Positions 1-5,385 of a stretch of DNA of 11,402 nt are shown piece after piece. Under the pieces are notes generated by a model. It saw nothing but the letters and a program-made list of their open reading frames with translations. It was not told the DNA's origin and did not search any database. A program made the position numbers and the translations under genes. Numbering within the stretch: the first letter of the stretch is position 1; the number at the start of each line of letters is the position of its first letter. The DNA is from Oligoflexales bacterium (GTDB lineage Bacteria > Bdellovibrionota_B > Oligoflexia > Oligoflexales > RGVZ01). Where the stretch lies: NCBI GenBank assembly GCA_044236265.1, contig JBIIGV010000093.1, forward strand, positions 1 through 11,402, given 5' to 3'.

Positions 1-416
1 GTTATTGCTTGCTGATCTCCGAAGTGCTCCACTCGGTGAACATCGGCATCAGGCGGCAGAACGTAAGCAACCGCACCAGTCGGCAGCACAACTGAACCGA
101 TTTCGCGAGCACACTCTTTGTCGCAAGCGTAGTTTGTTACACGCACCTTATTTTTAATGACAGCTTCAACGCCCCACGTCCCATGAGCGTGAATGGGCGT
201 CGCTTGTCCGCGATTCCAAACGAGCATCATCACAACAAAACCAAAATCTGCATCTTTATACAGTAAATATCTTCCCGGTTCATAATCACGATTAGCGAGC
301 CTTGAGACCATGTCAGGCAATGACTCCATCACGACTTCCTGAATCTCGTGGATCTGTGCGCCGTCAATCGCGCCCTGGCGCAGCAATCGGCGAATCTCTT
401 CAATCATGGTTCTCAC
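1..416 (-). CDS. Cysteine dioxygenase family (thiol dioxygenase, cupin) protein, 3' end cut by window edge
   Basis: Manual translation from GTG at 416 (alternative ATG at 407), open to the edge: MRTMIEEIRRLL...YEPGRYLLYKDADFGFVVMMLVWNRGQATPIHAHGTWGVE...LPPDADVHRVEHFGDQQAIT. Has the W-x-x-GQ-x-TPIHxH-x-x-WG motif and a third His (VHRVE) typical of 3-His thiol dioxygenases. GAGGAG Shine-Dalgarno overlaps the ade stop codon. Confidence 0.85.
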   Translation of the reverse strand, partial: MRTMIEEIRRLLRQGAIDGAQIHEIQEVVMESLPDMVSRLANRDYEPGRYLLYKDADFGFVVMMLVWNRGQATPIHAHGTWGVEAVIKNKVRVTNYACDKECAREIGSVVLPTGAVAYVLPPDADVHRVEHFGDQQAI

Positions 417-426
417 GGGTAACTCC

Positions 427-2229
427 TCACTTTTCCATTTCAACCGCTACAACTTTAAAGGTCGTCCCGTCTACGAGACCACGATCGGTGATCTTGAGGG
501 TCGGAATGACCGGCAAAGCTAGAAACGAAAGCTGCAAAAAAGGTTCTTCCAGCGTGCACCCGATATCGCGGGCAAGCTGTTTTAAGTGACGCAGCGACTC
601 GGCCACGTGCTCAGGCTCCTCTGAAGTCATCAGACCACCAATAGGAAGAGCCATCGACGCAATTTTGCCAGCGCTGGAGACCACAACGATGCCGCCGTCA
701 ATCTTGCGCAGCTCATCAACGGCGCGTGCCATCAATTCATCTGATGAACCCGTCACGATGACATTATGACAATCATGATTGATCGACGTCGCAATGGCTC
801 CATTGACGAGGGAAAAACCCTTTACAAGAGCAGTCGCCATTTGACCGGTGGCGTGGTGGCGTTCAATCACAGAGATTTTATTAATGTCGGGTGTGGGCGA
901 TAAAGAAATTTTGCCATCTGAGCACGCAACATCCAGCTCCAGATGATCTGTTACGATTTGTCTAGGTCTAACCCCAATCACCCGTGCTTTAGCCGTCTCT
1001 TTTCCGCGGGCTGGAATTGCAAAGTCACTGGCTTTGATTGTGCCTTTGATCTGAAGATTGGCTTTTCCTTTGTCTAAATTTACCCGCTCTACTGGAAACA
1101 TGCAGCTCAGCAATGTCGAAGCTTCGGCGCCTCCTCGTAAAACTTTTTCAACGGAAACACCTTTTGAAAAGTCCCTCTCGCCAGCGACAGGTCTGAGCAA
1201 CACCAAATCAGCACGATAACCAGGCGCTACCGCACCTCTGTCGCCTAAGCCATACATGCGAGCAGGCGCAAAGGATGCCGCGCGGAAGACGGCGACCGGA
1301 TCCAACCCCATGATCAACGCTTTATTGACGATGCAGTCCAAATGCCCTGCCTCTTCGATATCGAGGGGATTGCGATCATCACTGCAGAACCCTACTGTGG
1401 CTGATGTCCAAGAGTTCACCAAAGGCAGAAGCTCGTCTGCATCTTTTGCGCAGCTACCTTCACGAATGAGGACGTGAATACCTTTGGTTAGCTTCTCGCT
1501 CGCCTCTGCCTTAGTCGTTGACTCATGACAAGAATGAATACCAGCCACACCGTAGGCATTTAATAGCTTGCCTGATAACCCCGGACAGTGGCCATCGCGC
1601 CGCTTATCTTGAAAGACTAAAAGCTTATCGACCACGTCCTTGTCACCATGAACAAGGCCAGGCCAGTTCATCATTTCAGCTAGGCCCAGAACACGAGGAT
1701 GACCGGCAAATTGAGCAATGTCCTTTGCCGTCAATGCGGCGCCGCTAGTTTCCAGGTTTAAATCACCTGAAGTCGACGGAACACAGCTCGGCACCATGAC
1801 AAAAAAATCCATTGGCAGGCCCTCGCTGGAGTCGAGTGCCCATTGAATTCCTGCCGTTCCCTTAACATTCGCTATTTCGTGGGGATCCCAGATCACTGCC
1901 GTGGTGCCGCGCGGCAATACAGCCTTTGCAAACTGCCGCGGTGTCATCATGGAGCTTTCAATGTGGACGTGAGAATCAATAAAACCGGGAACCAGAGCTG
2001 CACCTTTGGCATCAATCACGGACTTGGCTTCGTAACTGTCGGATACACCCACGATAAGACCATCAAATATGGCGACGTCCCCGGTCTGCCAGGTGCCCGA
2101 AAAAACATCAAGCCAGCGGGCGTTACGAATAACCAGCTCTGCCGGCTTATCGCCGCGCGCAACCGCTAGCCTATCGCCCAGAATTTTTGGAGCTGAGGAA
2201 ATCTGATCTATGTGACCCTTTGAAACCAC
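427..2229 (-). CDS. ade: Adenine deaminase (amidohydrolase superfamily, binuclear metal)
   Basis: Motifs PGFIDSHVHIESS, DPHEIANV, LAEMMN, DGHCP, SCHE, IREGS, SDDRNP, ERHH, HDCHN and C-terminal LSFLALPVIP.LKITDRGL. Start placed at GTG 2229 (AGAGG upstream; 600 aa) rather than TTG 2250. Confidence 0.95.
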   Translation of the reverse strand: MVSKGHIDQISSAPKILGDRLAVARGDKPAELVIRNARWLDVFSGTWQTGDVAIFDGLIVGVSDSYEAKSVIDAKGAALVPGFIDSHVHIESSMMTPRQFAKAVLPRGTTAVIWDPHEIANVKGTAGIQWALDSSEGLPMDFFVMVPSCVPSTSGDLNLETSGAALTAKDIAQFAGHPRVLGLAEMMNWPGLVHGDKDVVDKLLVFQDKRRDGHCPGLSGKLLNAYGVAGIHSCHESTTKAEASEKLTKGIHVLIREGSCAKDADELLPLVNSWTSATVGFCSDDRNPLDIEEAGHLDCIVNKALIMGLDPVAVFRAASFAPARMYGLGDRGAVAPGYRADLVLLRPVAGERDFSKGVSVEKVLRGGAEASTLLSCMFPVERVNLDKGKANLQIKGTIKASDFAIPARGKETAKARVIGVRPRQIVTDHLELDVACSDGKISLSPTPDINKISVIERHHATGQMATALVKGFSLVNGAIATSINHDCHNVIVTGSSDELMARAVDELRKIDGGIVVVSSAGKIASMALPIGGLMTSEEPEHVAESLRHLKQLARDIGCTLEEPFLQLSFLALPVIPTLKITDRGLVDGTTFKVVAVEMEK

Positions 2230-2452
2230 GGGCGAGCCTCTGCAAAGCAAAATTTAGACTGTTAACTGTCAAGGATAGTCTGCTAACGTCAGATTTTAAA
2301 GTAAATTCGTTTGTTTATCGCCATAAGATGCTGCAATATACTGGCATCGGCTGACTTAAATTTTATCAGCCATATAGGGATGATAGCCGCCTCGATTGCT
2401 GCTATCGATAACTGCCGCCTTCGTTGCGATTTATTTTAGGAGTTACGCCCCC

Positions 2453-3985
2453 ATGTCCAAAGCCCCTCAGTCTGCCATTACCCCGACTCGTACTGAAGAT
2501 TATCCAGAATGGTACCAGCAGGTGATTAAGGCTGCTGACCTGGCAGAAAACTCTCCTACCAGGGGCTGTATGGTGATCAAGCCATGGGGTTATGCCCTCT
2601 GGGAAAACATCCAGCAGGTGCTGGACCGCAAGTTTAAGGAAACGGGACATGTTAACGCCTATTTCCCCCTTCTCATTCCGAAAAGCTTTCTCGAGCAGGA
2701 AGCTGAGCACGTTGAAGGATTTGCAAAAGAATGTGCTGTTGTCACCCATCATCGCCTTGAGGCGGGCAAAGATGGCAAGCTGATTCCTGCCGGAGAGCTC
2801 GAAGAGCCGTTTATCATCCGCCCGACTTCAGAGACTATCATCGGCGCATCTTACGCCAAATGGGTACAGAGCTATCGTGACCTTCCTATCCTCATCAACC
2901 AGTGGGCCAACGTGATGCGTTGGGAAATGCGCACGCGCATGTTCCTCAGAACGGCCGAGTTTCTTTGGCAAGAAGGCCATACGGCCCACGCGACAGCGGC
3001 CGAAGCTGTTGAAGAAACCATGCAGATGCTTGATGTCTACGAGTGGTTTGCCCATGAGTACATGGCTATGCCGGTGATTAAGGGTGAAAAGACCCCTGGC
3101 GAAAAATTTCCAGGCGCCGTCAACACCTACACGATTGAAGCGATGATGCAGGACGGCAAAGCTCTCCAGGCTGGTACAAGTCATTTTCTTGGTCAAAATT
3201 TTGCGAAAGCATCTGGCATTAGATTCCAGAACCAACAGGGTGCTGACGAGTTTGCCTGGACAACATCATGGGGAGTTTCCACGCGCCTCATTGGCGGCTT
3301 GATCATGACTCACTCCGATGATGACGGCCTGATCGTCCCACCTCGGCTAGCCCCTAAGCATGTTGTGCTGCTGCCGATTTATCGCAATGACGAAGAAAAA
3401 ACTCAGGTTTTAGAGTACTGCCACCGCGTAAAAAAAGAACTCGAGGGGCAAATCTACATGGGCGATAAGATTCGAGTCGAGCTTGACGCGAGAGATATCC
3501 GAGGCGGTGAAAAAACCTGGCAGCACATCAAAAAAGGCACGCCCATCCGCGCGGAAGTTGGTCCTCGCGACATGCAAGCAGATAGTCTTTTCGTTGGACG
3601 CCGCGACCTTGGCGTCAAGGATAAGAAGGGTGTCGGGCGTTCTGAGTTCGTATCAACCATCACAACGGTGTTGGATGAGATGCAGAAAAACCTCTTTAAC
3701 AGGGCTTTAGCCCTCAGGGAATCTCGTACTCAAACCTTCACTGATCTGAGCGAATTTTCCAAATGGTTTACTCCCAAAAACGATGCGAAGCCTGAAATTC
3801 ACGGGGGATTTGCACGCGCATACTGGTCGGCTGATCCCGCGGATGCAAAAGTCATTAATGACAAACTTGCTGAGCTGAAAGTTACACCGCGTTGTATACC
3901 CCTTGGCGAAAAACTAGCTCCTGGAAAATGCTTATTTACTGGCAAGCCAACGTCGACCCAAGTGATCTTCGCAAAAAACTACTGA
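2453..3985 (+). CDS. proS: Proline--tRNA ligase, eukaryote/archaeal-like type (no INS editing domain, C-terminal extension)
   Basis: EWYQQVI, GCMVIKPWG, IRPTSET, NQWANVMRWE, FLRTAEFLWQEGHT, ALQAGTSHFLGQNF, TSWGVSTRLIG, anticodon-binding domain, and C-terminal FAKNY. ATG 2453 has AGGAG at 2438-2442; 510 aa. Confidence 0.97.
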   Translation: MSKAPQSAITPTRTEDYPEWYQQVIKAADLAENSPTRGCMVIKPWGYALWENIQQVLDRKFKETGHVNAYFPLLIPKSFLEQEAEHVEGFAKECAVVTHHRLEAGKDGKLIPAGELEEPFIIRPTSETIIGASYAKWVQSYRDLPILINQWANVMRWEMRTRMFLRTAEFLWQEGHTAHATAAEAVEETMQMLDVYEWFAHEYMAMPVIKGEKTPGEKFPGAVNTYTIEAMMQDGKALQAGTSHFLGQNFAKASGIRFQNQQGADEFAWTTSWGVSTRLIGGLIMTHSDDDGLIVPPRLAPKHVVLLPIYRNDEEKTQVLEYCHRVKKELEGQIYMGDKIRVELDARDIRGGEKTWQHIKKGTPIRAEVGPRDMQADSLFVGRRDLGVKDKKGVGRSEFVSTITTVLDEMQKNLFNRALALRESRTQTFTDLSEFSKWFTPKNDAKPEIHGGFARAYWSADPADAKVINDKLAELKVTPRCIPLGEKLAPGKCLFTGKPTSTQVIFAKNY

Positions 3986-3994
3986 ATTCGGACG

Positions 3995-5101
3995 CTAGAA
4001 TTTAAGAGTTACCGTGGCGATATTTTTAAACCGACTCTGATCGTTGACCCGATCGGTTTTGAAAAAACCATTACGGATGAAATAAGACTCCAAATCCAGC
4101 GAGAGATCGCTGGTGACATTTGCTCTGATTGCAAATCGGGTGAATGACACCCTGTCGACGTCATACGTATAGTTCCAACTTTGAGAGCACTTATTATAAA
4201 AATAATCGGGAACAAATCTTGATTCGTACGAGCCAGCATATTCGAGATCAAGACCTGGCAAAAAAGGCGGAGAATAACTGAACCCAGTGATGATTTGATT
4301 CGCGTAGCGTGGCGCCCAGTCAACCAACGCAGGGATTTCCTCGGCGGATGTTGTTGCTGAGTCTGAAAATTCAAGAATGCCTGAGCCGGAATCTGAGCCG
4401 TCTCCAACCAGGGCCTTCGAGTAAGTCATCATGCGGACGTCTAGTGTGAGAAAATGCCGCAAACGCCCGGCTGCAGTTGGAAAATCAAGTTTCATTTTTG
4501 GCGAAGCTCCAGCGAAAACAATGGTAGCATCGATCGCTCGACGCATATCATCGTCAAAACGCCCACCTTCCATGTACTCCGTTGGATCGAGATCTTGAAC
4601 ACGCACTGGAAACATCGCATTTACATAAACTAGAAAATCAAAAATCGGGCTCTTAAAAGGGTAAATCTGCAGCAAGGCATCTGAGCGATTGTGATAAATC
4701 CGGGGCTCTGACGTTAGCTTTGCAGCGCCGACACCTGCGCTTGCATCGACAACGCCACCCAGTAATCTAAACCCTCCTCGTAGGCTTGTGCGGACTGAGG
4801 CATCACGTTTAACTCTTGCTCCATACTCATCGTAAAAATCGGTCGTAAAATGCTTTACATCAAACAAAGCATATTTCTCAAAAAAAGCTGTTGATGTCGG
4901 AGATGATGCTTTTAAAGGGCCGTTGTTGGTCGCTGCACCTCCACCTCGACCTGCTGCAATTCCACCACTCGTAATCCCTTGAACCGCCGGAGCCGCAGCA
5001 TGTAATTTTGCATCGAACAACAACGCAAAAAGAGGCAACAACGAAATCAACCACCGTTGCCGCAACAGATAACTTTTAATTTTAAATTCAGCCTTGATCA
5101 C
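3995..5101 (-). CDS. Hypothetical exported protein, probable outer-membrane beta-barrel
   Basis: 368-aa ORF filling the gap. Basic N-terminus, hydrophobic stretch and likely signal peptidase I site near LHA|AAP; Gly/Ala-rich linker; several alternating hydrophobic/aromatic strands; ends NIATVTLKF, resembling a BAM beta-signal. No family recognised and the start codon is uncertain. Confidence 0.7.
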   Translation of the reverse strand: MIKAEFKIKSYLLRQRWLISLLPLFALLFDAKLHAAAPAVQGITSGGIAAGRGGGAATNNGPLKASSPTSTAFFEKYALFDVKHFTTDFYDEYGARVKRDASVRTSLRGGFRLLGGVVDASAGVGAAKLTSEPRIYHNRSDALLQIYPFKSPIFDFLVYVNAMFPVRVQDLDPTEYMEGGRFDDDMRRAIDATIVFAGASPKMKLDFPTAAGRLRHFLTLDVRMMTYSKALVGDGSDSGSGILEFSDSATTSAEEIPALVDWAPRYANQIITGFSYSPPFLPGLDLEYAGSYESRFVPDYFYNKCSQSWNYTYDVDRVSFTRFAIRANVTSDLSLDLESYFIRNGFFKTDRVNDQSRFKNIATVTLKF

Positions 5102-5310
5102 CGCAGATCAAAACCTCGCTACAGGCACCATGCCTCACTGTCATTATCCCACAGGGGCTAAGTCACTAAACTGAGCAAGGATTGCCCGGTTTTTTAAAAA
5201 TCCGGCGAGGCCTCGAGTGATTTGCCAGTCGCCCTCGGCAAACCAGCCCCATAGTTGCGCCATATTTCTCAATACTTTCTTAGGGTTAAAGACGTTCCTC
5301 CGTGTTTAGA

Positions 5311-5337
5311 TCAACTCTTCGCCTAAAATACCGATCC
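5311..5337 (+). promoter_or_regulatory. Possible sigma28 (FliA)-like promoter for the lipoprotein gene
   Basis: TCAA (5311-5314), 15-nt spacer, ACCGATCC (5330-5337), compared with consensus TAAA-N15-GCCGATAA; about 50 nt upstream of the ATG. Several mismatches. Confidence 0.35.
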
Positions 5338-5385
5338 TCCTATACGGAGAAGCGGGCGTATCCCGCTGACCTCAAAGGACTAACA

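Noticed and set aside
302..2169. Short plus-strand ORFs (302-589, 1256-1477, 1518-1748, 1843-2169)
   Set aside because: Antisense to ade and the cupin gene, with no motifs.
2396..2452. ORF-track N-terminal extensions of proS (2396), the lipoprotein (5302) and ade (2250)
   Set aside because: Downstream starts have better ribosome sites, and ATG 5386 puts the signal peptide at the N-terminus.
5154..5250. tRNA-Ala or tmRNA suggested by GGGGCT ends
   Set aside because: No D-loop, TTCGA T-loop or CCA end on either strand.
5230..5300. GGCAAACC resembling the start of a c-di-GMP-I (GEMM) riboswitch
   Set aside because: The GAAA tetraloop stem and the following GG..CGCAAAGC segment are absent.
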